Shown here: positions 36,950-46,218 of the stretch, one piece after another | Layout of the letters: each line of letters starts with the position of its first letter | How positions within the stretch are numbered: the stretch's first letter is position 1 | Assembly: GCA_001784435.1 (NCBI GenBank) | Contig: MFQZ01000010.1 | Coordinates: forward strand, 169,960 to 233,959 | Direction of reading: 5' to 3' | DNA from: Candidatus Magasanikbacteria bacterium RIFOXYC2_FULL_42_28 | GTDB lineage: Bacteria; Patescibacteriota; Patescibacteriia; Magasanikbacterales; GWA2-37-8 | DNA length: 64,000 nucleotides | Made by a program: the position numbers and the translations under genes | The notes under the pieces: model-generated | Seen by the model: only the letters and a program-made list of their open reading frames with translations | Database searches by the model: none | Told to the model about the DNA's origin: nothing

Positions 36950-38218
36950 ATGCACGAAATAAAAAAACTAAAAAACGGTTTACAATACATTTACATTCCA
37001 AACTCCGGTACGAGCGCCGTGACCGTTTTGCTTTTGTTCCCAATTGGGTCGCGCTATGAAACCCCTAAGACCTCCGGCATTTCGCATTTTTTGGAGCACA
37101 TGCTTTTTAAAGGCACCAAAAAGCGTAAAGATTATTTAGCGGTGTCGCGCGAATTAGATGCGGCCGGTGCCGAATACAACGCCTTCACTTCCAAAGATTA
37201 TACCGGTTATTATGTAAAAATTGGCGCCGAACTCGCGGACGAGGCGTTTGATATGATTTCGGATATTGCGTTTAATTCCACGATGCCGGCGAAAGAAATT
37301 GAGAAAGAAAAAGGGGTGATTGTGGAAGAATTGCGGATGTATGAAGATAATCCAATGATGGCGGTGGATTTGCTTTTTGACCGCACGATGTTTGCCAATC
37401 ATCCGCTCGGTTGGGATATTGGTGGTTCACCCGAAACTGTCCGCAATATGACACGGGAGGAATTATTAAATTATTATCACGATCATTATCATCCGCAGAA
37501 CGCGGTTTTGGTGGTATCGGGAAATTTAAGTAAAAAGGATTTTGCCAAACATTTGAAAAAATTTGCGAGTGGCAATAAAAAGAATCTGGCGGAGACCCAA
37601 TACTTAACATATAAACACAAAAGTAATCAGGCACTGGCCGACCGAGTAGCGGTGAAAGAACGAAAAATTGACCAGGCGCAAATTATTTTGGGTTTTCCGG
37701 GTTTGGCGCATGATGACAAACGTGCTTACGTAGCCGCGGTATTGCTAACAATTTTAGGCGGTGGCATGAGTTCGCGGTTGTTTGTGGAAGTGCGTGAAAA
37801 GCGTGGGCTATGTTATATGGTGCGGGCCGGCTCATCGTCTTATCGCGACACGGGTGTGGTATCTGTCCAAGCCGGCTTGGATCCGGCCAGAATGGGTGAG
37901 GCAATTAAAACCATTAAAACTGAATTAAAAAAGATTTCTACCAAACCGGTCAGCAAAAAAGAATTGGCTGATGCCAAAACCAATTTAATCGGACGGATGG
38001 AATTGGCTATGGAAGATTCGTCCACGGTGGCGGAAAAAGCCGCCAAGCAATTTATTTTTGTTAATCACGCCGACACGCCGGCTGAAACCACCGCCAAAAT
38101 TAAAAAAGTAACCGCGAGCGAAGTTAGAGCCGTGGCCAAGGTGTTATTTATTGAAAAAGAAATGCGTTTGGCGGTGATTGGCCCGATTACGAAAGAAAAA
38201 GTTTTAAAATTATTGTAA
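36950..38218 (+). CDS. M16-family (insulinase/pitrilysin-like) zinc peptidase
   Basis: Inverted zinc motif HFLEH plus a downstream Glu-rich region. Confidence 0.7.
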   Translation: MHEIKKLKNGLQYIYIPNSGTSAVTVLLLFPIGSRYETPKTSGISHFLEHMLFKGTKKRKDYLAVSRELDAAGAEYNAFTSKDYTGYYVKIGAELADEAFDMISDIAFNSTMPAKEIEKEKGVIVEELRMYEDNPMMAVDLLFDRTMFANHPLGWDIGGSPETVRNMTREELLNYYHDHYHPQNAVLVVSGNLSKKDFAKHLKKFASGNKKNLAETQYLTYKHKSNQALADRVAVKERKIDQAQIILGFPGLAHDDKRAYVAAVLLTILGGGMSSRLFVEVREKRGLCYMVRAGSSSYRDTGVVSVQAGLDPARMGEAIKTIKTELKKISTKPVSKKELADAKTNLIGRMELAMEDSSTVAEKAAKQFIFVNHADTPAETTAKIKKVTASEVRAVAKVLFIEKEMRLAVIGPITKEKVLKLL

Positions 38219-38224
38219 AATTTT

Positions 38225-39004
38225 ATGTCCACCCATAATAACCAATTTTACTTTTTCGCTAACTGGAAAATGTATTTGGATTTTAACGAAGCCAATATTT
38301 TAGCGCACGCGATTGCTAGTGAACACAAGCAGTTTTCGGCTAATGTTAAAATGGCAATTTTTCCAAACGCGCTGTCACTTTACACTGCCGGTCAGACGCT
38401 AAAAGACGTAGGCATTGCCGTGGGCGGACAAAATGTTTTTTGGGAAGATAAAGGGGGATACACCGGTGAAATTTCCGCGACCATGTATCAAGCGGCCGGA
38501 TGTGATTACGCGCTCGTGGGGCATTCGGAGCGTCGCCATCAATTCCACGAAACCAATCACGAAGTGCGACAAAAAATGCAAGCGGTTTTGGAGTCGGGTT
38601 TGACTCCGGTATTGTGCGTGGGGGAGACGCTTAAAGAAAGAGAAGATGGCAAGACCGAAGAAGTTGTCGAAATTCAATTGCGTAGTGCCTTGCAAGATAT
38701 TGTTTGGCCGACTGATCGAGAATTAATAATTGCGTATGAGCCGGTGTGGGCGATTAGTAAAGGTGCTGGGGCAAATGAAGCTGGAAAACATTGCGATGAC
38801 GTTGAGGCCGAAAGAGTGCATAAAATGATAAGAGAATTTTCTGCGGGTTTAATAAAATTAGACCCAGTAGTTTTGTTTGGTGGTAGTGTTCGACCACCCA
38901 CTACTGATTATTATTTGCGGCAGCTAAATGTAAATGGAATTTTGGTAGGTGCGGCCTCAACCCAATTGGAAAGTTTTATGGGTATTTTATCCAATATTAA
39001 ATAG
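38225..39004 (+). CDS. tpiA: triosephosphate isomerase
   Basis: IIAYEPVWAIS-G active-site region and overall TIM sequence. Confidence 0.75.
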   Translation: MSTHNNQFYFFANWKMYLDFNEANILAHAIASEHKQFSANVKMAIFPNALSLYTAGQTLKDVGIAVGGQNVFWEDKGGYTGEISATMYQAAGCDYALVGHSERRHQFHETNHEVRQKMQAVLESGLTPVLCVGETLKEREDGKTEEVVEIQLRSALQDIVWPTDRELIIAYEPVWAISKGAGANEAGKHCDDVEAERVHKMIREFSAGLIKLDPVVLFGGSVRPPTTDYYLRQLNVNGILVGAASTQLESFMGILSNIK

Positions 39005-39005
39005 T

Positions 39006-39902
39006 ATGCTAGATTGGATTTTTGGGATTATTATTATTTTGTGCCTCGGTGGAGCCATTTTTATTATTAGTCGGAAATTGCCGGAATTGTCCGCGTTAGA
39101 TGTTCACACTTTGCCGGAAGAAAAATCCGGTAAAAAGAAAAAAGAAATTATTGGTAAACGGATTGACGCGCGTCGGCAAAAAATTAAAGAAAATTCTAAA
39201 AAATATTTAACGCCGTTTCGGCGCCAGTGGGGACAATGGCAGTTAAAATTTCGGATTTATGTCGGGAAGATTGAGCGGTTGATGTTGCACGAGCAGGCGG
39301 CCGGCAAAAAAACGGAAATAAAAATTATGGATTTGGAGACAGAGGCGCGCCTGAAAAAATTGGTGGATGAAGGCGGGCAATATTTAACGCAAAATAATTT
39401 AGAGCGAGCCGAAGAAAAATTTATTGCCGCCATTAAATTGGACACTCATGCCGCGAGTGCTTACCGCGGTTTGGCCGACACCTACTTTGCCAAAAAATCT
39501 TTGGAAGAGGCGCGCGCCACTTATCAATTTGTTTTGCAATTAGACAAGGAGGACGATAGTGTCATGGTAAAATTGGCGGAAATTGCCGAAAGTCAGGGTG
39601 ATTTGGAAGAAGCGATAGAGTATTATCAGCAGGCCGTGGTGATTAATGATTCGCTTTCTCCCCGTTTTGTGCATTTGGCGGAATTGTTGTTGCGCGTGGG
39701 CCAACCGCTCGTGGCTCGCGAGGCGATTGAGGCGGCGGTGGAATTAGAACCCCAAAACCCCAAATATCTTGACTTACTGACAGAAACTGCTATACTATGT
39801 CAAGATAAAACTTTGGCCCTTAAGGTTTATAGCACTTTGTGCTTGGTAAATCCGGAAAACAAAAAATTACCGGATTTAAAACAGCGAATAGATTTATTAT
39901 AA
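39006..39902 (+). CDS. TPR-repeat protein with N-terminal TM anchor
   Basis: Start at the ATG 39006 (MLDWIFGIIIILCLGG); TPR-like AxxYxxLG repeats downstream. Confidence 0.5.
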   Translation: MLDWIFGIIIILCLGGAIFIISRKLPELSALDVHTLPEEKSGKKKKEIIGKRIDARRQKIKENSKKYLTPFRRQWGQWQLKFRIYVGKIERLMLHEQAAGKKTEIKIMDLETEARLKKLVDEGGQYLTQNNLERAEEKFIAAIKLDTHAASAYRGLADTYFAKKSLEEARATYQFVLQLDKEDDSVMVKLAEIAESQGDLEEAIEYYQQAVVINDSLSPRFVHLAELLLRVGQPLVAREAIEAAVELEPQNPKYLDLLTETAILCQDKTLALKVYSTLCLVNPENKKLPDLKQRIDLL

Positions 39903-39935
39903 CGCTTGCCTGGCGTAGCCGTCAGGCGAAGACAG

Positions 39936-40008
39936 GCCGATGTAGCTCAGTTGGTAGAGCACCTCCATGGTAAGGAGGTGGTCAGCGGTTCAAATCCGCT
40001 CATCGGCT
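39936..40008 (+). tRNA. tRNA-Thr (anticodon GGU)
   Basis: Hand-folded: acceptor GCCGATG/CATCGGC, anticodon loop ATGGTAA, T-loop TTCAAAT; no encoded CCA. Confidence 0.7.
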
Positions 40009-40017
40009 CGGAGTATT

Positions 40018-40093
40018 GCCGTCTTAGCTCAGTTGGTAGAGCAACGGTTTTGTAAACCGTAGGTCCAGGGTTCAAATCCCTGAGACGGCTCCA
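40018..40093 (+). tRNA. tRNA-Thr (anticodon UGU)
   Basis: Acceptor GCCGTCT/AGACGGC, anticodon loop TTTGTAA, encoded CCA. Confidence 0.7.
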
Positions 40094-40113
40094 GTCGGCA
40101 TTAGTTCTTTAAT

Positions 40114-40195
40114 GGGCAGGTACCGAAGCGGTCAAACGGGGTAGACTGTAAATCTACTGGCTCTGCCTTCCAAGGTTCGAATCCTTGCCTGCCCA
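40114..40195 (+). tRNA. tRNA-Tyr (anticodon GUA)
   Basis: Acceptor GGGCAGG/CCTGCCC, anticodon loop CTGTAAA, long variable arm, T-loop TTCGAAT. Confidence 0.65.
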
Positions 40196-40226
40196 CATGG
40201 TAAATTAAAAATTAATTTAATATTCT

Positions 40227-40379
40227 ATGTCCCAAGACAATTTGGCAAAATTGCAGTGTTCAACCTGCAAAACCGTCACGCATTTTACCACGCGCAACAA
40301 ACACATCAAAGAGCGCTTGGCTCTTTCCAAATTTTGCAAAAAGTGCAAAAAGCATACCGATCACAAAGAAACCAAATAA
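40227..40379 (+). CDS. rpmG: 50S ribosomal protein L33 (50 aa), absent from the ORF track because it is under 60 aa
   Basis: MSQDNLAKLQCSTCKTVTHFTTRNKHIKERLALSKFCKKCKKHTDHKETK has L33-like Cys pairs and a KHxxHKE tail. Confidence 0.7.
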   Translation: MSQDNLAKLQCSTCKTVTHFTTRNKHIKERLALSKFCKKCKKHTDHKETK

Positions 40380-40393
40380 TAATTTAAAATTAT

Positions 40394-41203
40394 ATGTGGT
40401 TTTTCAATTCATTCGTCAAAAGTTTGTATGATTTGAATTGGTTGCGAGGCACTCGCAAAGATCTAGGCAAGGCTTTTAGCTATTTTTGCTTATTTCTTTT
40501 TTTATATGTCGGTTTAACCATGGTGCCGGTATTCGTGAATATGATGAAAGGCGATACGGTCGCCGCGCTTAAAACTGGTTTGGCGCAGAAAGTTCCTGAT
40601 TTCACCGCAACTGTAAAAGATGGCGAATTGTCAGTTGTTGGTGTGGATCAGCCATATATTTTTAGAGATGGGGAATTTATCTTAGTGGTGGATACTATAA
40701 CTACTTCCACCTTAACTCTTGGTACTTATCTTGACGATAAAATTAATGCGGGACTACTTATCACTAGAAGTAAAGGTGAAATGTACGATGGCGACAAAGG
40801 ACAGTCTCGTTCGCAGGTGTGGAAAGATGTTGGGAATGTCAGTGTTAATCGGGCGCAATTAATAAATTTAGCAAATAAATTTTTATCCAAGCCGATGATG
40901 TTTGTGTATTTTCTGTTTATTTTGGTGTTCGTGTATATGTTTCTAGGCGTTGGTAAATTACTTTCCGTTTTAATTGTTTCTGCAATAATATTAGCAATAA
41001 CAAAAATTGCTAAAAAGCAATGGTTATTTAAAGAAATTTTTACAGTGGGATTATTCGCTGTGACGCTTACAACGATCATTATTGAGGCGATGGAAGGGCT
41101 TGGTATCGGATTTATTTTTTCAGGGATAATTATTTTCTTAATCTGGCTTGGAGTGATAGTGTTGTTAGATAAGCCGGCGCCAGTTGAAGAAATTAAATCA
41201 TAA
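40394..41203 (+). CDS. polytopic membrane protein, function unknown
   Basis: Several hydrophobic helices. It occupies the position where secE/nusG are often found, but is too large for SecE. Confidence 0.4.
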   Translation: MWFFNSFVKSLYDLNWLRGTRKDLGKAFSYFCLFLFLYVGLTMVPVFVNMMKGDTVAALKTGLAQKVPDFTATVKDGELSVVGVDQPYIFRDGEFILVVDTITTSTLTLGTYLDDKINAGLLITRSKGEMYDGDKGQSRSQVWKDVGNVSVNRAQLINLANKFLSKPMMFVYFLFILVFVYMFLGVGKLLSVLIVSAIILAITKIAKKQWLFKEIFTVGLFAVTLTTIIIEAMEGLGIGFIFSGIIIFLIWLGVIVLLDKPAPVEEIKS

Positions 41204-41207
41204 CAAC

Positions 41208-41232
41208 AAACAAATCCCGACTAAGTCGGGAT
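41208..41232 (+). terminator. perfect hairpin aaatcccgac-taa-gtcgggattt
   Basis: 10-bp stem flanked by A/T. Confidence 0.5.
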
Positions 41233-41238
41233 TTTAAT

Positions 41239-41309
41239 AGGGGGTTCGTATAATGGTAGTACGTTGCTCTCCAAAAGCAAACGCGCGGGTTCGATTCCTG
41301 CACCCCCTG
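41239..41309 (+). tRNA. tRNA-Trp (anticodon CCA)
   Basis: Acceptor AGGGGGT/ACCCCCT, anticodon loop CTCCAAA, T-loop TTCGATT. Confidence 0.65.
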
Positions 41310-41444
41310 CGATTTAGCCAAATTTATTTGGCTAAATTTATTTAGGAATCGAACGGGAAAGGGAGAAAACGGGAGTTTTCTCTTTGCTGAGGAAAGTACA
41401 CGAAAACCCGAAGGTTTTCGTGAGAGCCCCAAAGGGGCGAGTGA

Positions 41445-41463
41445 GCATTCTTGCACCCCCTGC
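41445..41463 (+). repeat. direct repeat of the tRNA-Trp 3' end (attcttgcaccccctgc versus attcctgcaccccctgc)
   Basis: 17/18 identity, about 135 bp downstream of the tRNA; the intervening DNA is full of hairpins. Confidence 0.6.
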
Positions 41464-41502
41464 AAAAAATGGGTATTTTCTATTTATCATCTATAAAAAT
41501 TT

Positions 41503-42543
41503 ATGTCGATAGAAATACCCGCTCAACCTCAAAAAAGATATCTGGAAATTGACTTTCTGCGTGGCAGCGCTGTTTTTTTGATGCTTGTCGCTCACATTAA
41601 TTTTGTTTTTACAAAAAATTACAATTTTATTCTCGATACCCTAACTTGGTTCGGGGCGACAATTTGCTTTAGCGTTTTTATATTTTGCTTTGCTTTTTCT
41701 TACGGTTTAAAATTATCCGATAATAAAAAGTTAAATTTAAAAAAAGAAACCAAAAGATTTTTCAGGTTACTTTTTGTTTATTACGGGTCGGCTTTCTGCG
41801 CGCAATATTTTATTTTTAGTAATATATCAATAGAAAAATTATATCTTATTTTAACTTTCCAATACTTGCCTGTTTTTACCGAGTTTATAATCCCATTTTT
41901 TCTTTATGTTATATTAATTTTAATTTTTTTTCCAGTATTTAAAAAATTATTAAAATATCCGATACTATTTATTTCAATTTCTCTCGCTATTTATTTTTTT
42001 GGTCAATGGCTTTATCCGCTTGATGGGGGCGGTAATTTTTTAAATGTAATTAAAACTTTACTCGTCGGCAACGGCGATGTTCACGCTTTCGGCGTTCTAT
42101 CTTATCTCCCCATTTTTGTGCTTGGTTTAATTGTGGGCGAGTCGCAATCCGATAAAAAAGGGGAATTGGCGGTCGTCGTTATTTTTGTCACTGCCGTAAT
42201 TTTATTTGCCTTCTTGAAAATTTTAGGATTTTCTGTTTGGCACAGATTCCCACCGTCCGTCTTATTTTTACTCTATGGAGTTATTTATAGTTTTGGAGTA
42301 CTATTGTTATATCGGTATCTCAAAAAAATTATTCCTTTAGACAAGTTCTTCATATTTTTAAGTAAAAAAACCTTATTTATTTTCTTTATAAGCATTTTGA
42401 TAATTCTAGGATCGTCTAATCTTTTAAATAAGGCAAAATTTGAATCAACGACAGTTTGGTTAATACATTTTTTGATCATAGCCGGTATATCTTTGTTAAG
42501 TTATTCTTATGGCAAATTGGTTGAGATTTTGGAAAAAAGATAA
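41503..42543 (+). CDS. polytopic membrane protein, acyltransferase-3 (OafA/DUF1624)-like
   Basis: N-terminal RYLEIDFLRGSAVFLMLVAH resembles the IDxLRG...H start of acyltransferase-3 family proteins; about 10 TM helices. Confidence 0.4.
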   Translation: MSIEIPAQPQKRYLEIDFLRGSAVFLMLVAHINFVFTKNYNFILDTLTWFGATICFSVFIFCFAFSYGLKLSDNKKLNLKKETKRFFRLLFVYYGSAFCAQYFIFSNISIEKLYLILTFQYLPVFTEFIIPFFLYVILILIFFPVFKKLLKYPILFISISLAIYFFGQWLYPLDGGGNFLNVIKTLLVGNGDVHAFGVLSYLPIFVLGLIVGESQSDKKGELAVVVIFVTAVILFAFLKILGFSVWHRFPPSVLFLLYGVIYSFGVLLLYRYLKKIIPLDKFFIFLSKKTLFIFFISILIILGSSNLLNKAKFESTTVWLIHFLIIAGISLLSYSYGKLVEILEKR

Positions 42544-44092
42544 GCCAAAACCCCACTTTTTTATTTTTATTGTATTGGGCTCGCTTTTGTTATTTAGTAT
42601 TTTTGTGATATTTTTTTTCAGTGTTAAACCTGAAAATGGTGGTATTTTTTTGACGGGGCTGGATGGGGTTAATAAAATTTTTGGTAATGAAGAGTGGTAT
42701 TGCGATGCGTTTGGATATGAAGCCGGCGGACTCATAAAACTCGCGGAGCCGGGTAGAAAATGGATTTTGATTGGTAACGAATTTCCCGAAGAAAACAAAA
42801 TGATAAATTTAAAAGTACAACTTGCCCAAAGAGCTAGAAAATATTTTGAGCAACCAAACTCGGTAAAAATATTTTATGAATTAACAAATGCTAGCAGTGA
42901 ACAGGTAACGAGTAGTATCCTTGGCGCTTACTTTTCCACTAGCTCTTTAAAAAATTCCGACGAACTTCTTTTTGAGGAAAAAATAAATCTGAGTGGACTC
43001 GCGGTTGGTAAATATAAAATTAAGGTAAAAGTTGAGTTTGACTGTGGTGAGGCGACGACATTACCCCAAGATATTTTTGTGTCCCACCCCCTGTATGTTG
43101 TTTGGAGTTTTGATTGGGAGGGTTATAATGTAAAAGACAAATATTTACAGAGTATCGACGAGCTTGCTTCCAAGCATGATAATTTTCCCCTTACCCATTT
43201 AATAAATCCTAGGTTATTTATTACGAAAACTATTCCTCAAGCCAATAGAGATCGCGTCCGAGATTGGTTGGTGGAGAAAAAAAATAAGCGCGGGGATAGT
43301 CTGGGGTTGCACCTGCATCTGTTTTATGAAAATTTTGAAGCCGCTGGTTTAGATATTCCCGAAAAAGACAGCGCTGAACTTGAAAAAATCTTTTTTACTA
43401 CCAATGGGTCTATGGTTACGAGTACTGCCAGCACTACCGTTGCGTTTGATAAAAGTAAATTAAAAAAGAAACAAATTTATGACTTAACCTACTGGGGCTA
43501 TGGTCGTGATGATGGTTATGATATACCGATAACTAACCTTAGTGATGCTGAATTTGATAAAATACTAAAATGGTCCAAAGCCACCTTTGGCGTTCTTGGT
43601 TTTGGTACGCCCGTCACCTATCGTTCCGGGGGTTGGTTTGCCAATCTTGCCACCCTGCAGGTTTTAGAAGAAAATGGTTTCGTAGTAGATTCTTCCGGTC
43701 GAACAAAATATAATTTTGGCGATAGTAAACTCCCCGGATTTTGGGATTTAGCAACTACTTCGCAACCTTATCAACCAAATATCCATAACCAAAACTCGGC
43801 TTTGAAGCCAACTATGAAAATATGGGAATTCCCCAACAACGGAGCGGATTCGTGGTGGTATAGCGCCAAAGAAATGATTGAGCGCTTTAATTTAAATTGG
43901 GGGGCAGTGGGGGGTCCGCTTGAAAAAAGCACGGTGGTAGTTTTTTTAAGTCATCCGGATTGGTTTGAAGTAGACATACCAAAAGTTGACGAGCTTTTCA
44001 ATTACACCGATACGTATTTAAATTCCAAAGACGGGGGACCGGTAATATATCAAAATTTAGAAAATTTACATAAAATTTGGGAAGCTAATTAA
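42509..44092 (+). CDS. membrane-anchored extracytoplasmic protein, possibly carbohydrate-esterase-like
   Basis: N-terminal TM anchor. DWEGYN and LHLHLFY segments are faintly reminiscent of polysaccharide deacetylase motifs; weak. Confidence 0.3.
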   Translation: MANWLRFWKKDKPKPHFFIFIVLGSLLLFSIFVIFFFSVKPENGGIFLTGLDGVNKIFGNEEWYCDAFGYEAGGLIKLAEPGRKWILIGNEFPEENKMINLKVQLAQRARKYFEQPNSVKIFYELTNASSEQVTSSILGAYFSTSSLKNSDELLFEEKINLSGLAVGKYKIKVKVEFDCGEATTLPQDIFVSHPLYVVWSFDWEGYNVKDKYLQSIDELASKHDNFPLTHLINPRLFITKTIPQANRDRVRDWLVEKKNKRGDSLGLHLHLFYENFEAAGLDIPEKDSAELEKIFFTTNGSMVTSTASTTVAFDKSKLKKKQIYDLTYWGYGRDDGYDIPITNLSDAEFDKILKWSKATFGVLGFGTPVTYRSGGWFANLATLQVLEENGFVVDSSGRTKYNFGDSKLPGFWDLATTSQPYQPNIHNQNSALKPTMKIWEFPNNGADSWWYSAKEMIERFNLNWGAVGGPLEKSTVVVFLSHPDWFEVDIPKVDELFNYTDTYLNSKDGGPVIYQNLENLHKIWEAN

Positions 44093-44097
44093 AAAAT

Positions 44098-46041
44098 ATG
44101 AGTTTTTTGATAAATTTTGGCATCGAAAATTTCCGAACGCGCCTGGCGGTTATTTTTATTTTTGTTTTTATTCTGGTTGTTTTTAATTTAGGTATTTTTA
44201 TTTTAAAACAATTTAAAACAGAATTTAACCGGCGGATTTTGTTCTATTTAAATATTATCCTGTTATTTTTTATTGGCCTTTTTCTTTCCACGGCTTTGTT
44301 TCTAAAGCCTTTTGCTCAATTAGAAACCTTGTCCGCAGGGGGGTATTTAGCAGAAGCGCATCAGCCAATTGAAATATCTTTTACTGTTCCCGTTCGACCG
44401 GAAAACTTATCTCTTTATATTTCCCCGGAAGTAGACGGTGAATGGGTTTTTAGAGATGTCTTACCATTTTTTTCTAACGGTTATAAGGATCGGGCAACTT
44501 TTATCCCCAAAGAATCTTTTTATCCGGAAAGTAAAATTGTGGTTTATATTGTTGGTTTAAAAAGATTGTTTCCGGTAGGAGAAAAACACGAACAATCCCT
44601 TGAGTTTTTTGCTCCCCGTCTGCCAAATATAACAGAAACCTATCCCAAAGATAACCAAGATAATGTCAGTGTCAACGATAATTTTACCGCAACCTTTGAC
44701 GCGCCTAGCGGAGAATTTATAAAATGGTTTTACGAGATAACGCCACCGATTGGTTTTGTCGTAAATGAATCAAATAAAAATAAAAATGAGATAGTTTTTA
44801 ACAAACCACTTCGGCAGGATAGTGAATATAGTGTGGCGATTTTCCGTACTGGACGATCTTATAATGTCACTGATTTTTCTGACGTTGAGTTAGGGGATTC
44901 GCAATTGATTAAAACAGTTGTATTTAATACTGTGCGGTCTCCAAAAATTAAATCATACGATCCTTATGGAGCGGGTGCTAGGGTAGATCTCCCGATAAAA
45001 ATAGTTTTTGAAGAGCCCATGAATCAGGCGAGCGTGGCCGAAAAATTCTCCCTAAGCCCAACCACTACCGGTAAGATAAGCTGGGAAGATGAAAAAACAT
45101 TTGTTTTTTTACCGGATCAAATTTTGGAAAAAGGAGCTGATTATAGGATTAATTTTTTGAGTGGGATAGAAGATGGCTCTGGTGGAAAAACCAGACAGGA
45201 TATAGTGCTAAATTTTAGCACGGCGGGAAAAGTAAAGATTTTGTCCACCTACCCCAAAAGTGGAGCAACTGGCTTAAGCCCGGATTTAGCCGGCGTGGTT
45301 ATTAATTTTGACCAAGAAGTGGATCATGTCTCCGCGGAAAATTATTTTTCTATTTTTCCAAATGTACGCGGGTCTTTTTCTTGGAATGGCGATAAACTGA
45401 CATTCTCTTTCAAAACTCCTTTGGCTTACGCCACAAAATATACGGTAAGTTTTAAAAAAGGCATCAAAGCTGTTTACGGACTAGAATTGGATCAAGATTA
45501 CGCTTATTCATTTACGACAAAAAATAAAAGTTTTTCTTTGAATGTTCCGCTGTATTATCAAAGTGAAACTTTTACCTGTAATATCGCCACTGCCAGAATG
45601 GCACTTGCTTACCGCGGTGATAATCTTTCCGAAAGTTTTATTAAAGCTGAAGTTGGCGAAGGAGAAGATCCGAATGTAAGTTGGGTGGCCGGTTATGGCG
45701 CTCACTGGAAGCCGATTTATAATTTTATTAGCAGATATAGAAAAGCATCTATTAAAACCGGTTGGAACATCGCCGAATTGGTAAAAGAAGTTAATGCTGG
45801 CAATCCGGTAATCATTTGGTGGCATAATCAATATAGCACGACCGGTTCGTTTACCTTAGATTCCGGAGCCACCGGTTATCGGGGGATGCATTCAGTGGTA
45901 GTAAAAGGATATGTCGGGAGCGTAGAAAACCCTATTTCTATTATTGTCAACGATTCTTGGCGGGGACCAAAAACATACAGCATCTCCAGTTTTAAAAGTA
46001 TTTGGGCGTATCTTAATTATACCGCTATTGTAGTTTATTAA
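44098..46041 (+). CDS. membrane-anchored protein with Ig-like (SbsA-type) repeats and C-terminal C39-like (YvpB-type) papain-fold peptidase domain
   Basis: Candidate catalytic Cys (TFTCNIATARMAL) and His (GMHSVVVKGY) in the last ~170 aa; repeated about 90-aa modules before it. Confidence 0.45.
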   Translation: MSFLINFGIENFRTRLAVIFIFVFILVVFNLGIFILKQFKTEFNRRILFYLNIILLFFIGLFLSTALFLKPFAQLETLSAGGYLAEAHQPIEISFTVPVRPENLSLYISPEVDGEWVFRDVLPFFSNGYKDRATFIPKESFYPESKIVVYIVGLKRLFPVGEKHEQSLEFFAPRLPNITETYPKDNQDNVSVNDNFTATFDAPSGEFIKWFYEITPPIGFVVNESNKNKNEIVFNKPLRQDSEYSVAIFRTGRSYNVTDFSDVELGDSQLIKTVVFNTVRSPKIKSYDPYGAGARVDLPIKIVFEEPMNQASVAEKFSLSPTTTGKISWEDEKTFVFLPDQILEKGADYRINFLSGIEDGSGGKTRQDIVLNFSTAGKVKILSTYPKSGATGLSPDLAGVVINFDQEVDHVSAENYFSIFPNVRGSFSWNGDKLTFSFKTPLAYATKYTVSFKKGIKAVYGLELDQDYAYSFTTKNKSFSLNVPLYYQSETFTCNIATARMALAYRGDNLSESFIKAEVGEGEDPNVSWVAGYGAHWKPIYNFISRYRKASIKTGWNIAELVKEVNAGNPVIIWWHNQYSTTGSFTLDSGATGYRGMHSVVVKGYVGSVENPISIIVNDSWRGPKTYSISSFKSIWAYLNYTAIVVY

Positions 46042-46092
46042 AATAATTTTATATAACAAAAATCGTATTAGCGGTCATCCACAACCGCTCTC

Positions 46093-46121
46093 TTGACAAA
46101 ACACCCAAAATGTGCTATACT
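46093..46121 (+). promoter_or_regulatory. sigma70-like promoter TTGACA-N17-TATACT
   Basis: Hexamers read directly; followed by about 95 nt of hairpin-rich leader. Confidence 0.5.
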
Positions 46122-46218
46122 GGTGTATTCTAATTAATCCTGACCTCGAAAAGGTCAGCGACTCGACTCTTTTGTGTCATTATGTGACCCAGCGGAAATT
46201 CGGGTCACAACAAAATAT

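Noticed and set aside
38949-39005. Track start of the TPR gene overlapping the tpiA 3' end
   Set aside because: An in-frame ATG at 39006 directly precedes a good signal-anchor helix, and the upstream 19 codons overlap tpiA. The shorter gene is more plausible.
41380-41420. GAGGAAAGT box suggesting RNase P RNA
   Set aside because: The match stops after 9 nt (followed by acacg, not CCGGGC) and the whole intergenic region is only about 190 nt, far too short for RNase P RNA.
42509-42543. 35-nt overlap between the 41503 and 42509 genes as a frameshifted single gene
   Set aside because: The two products have unrelated architectures: a 10-TM acyltransferase-like protein versus a signal-anchor plus soluble domain. 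Overlapping starts are common in this window, so they are kept as separate genes.
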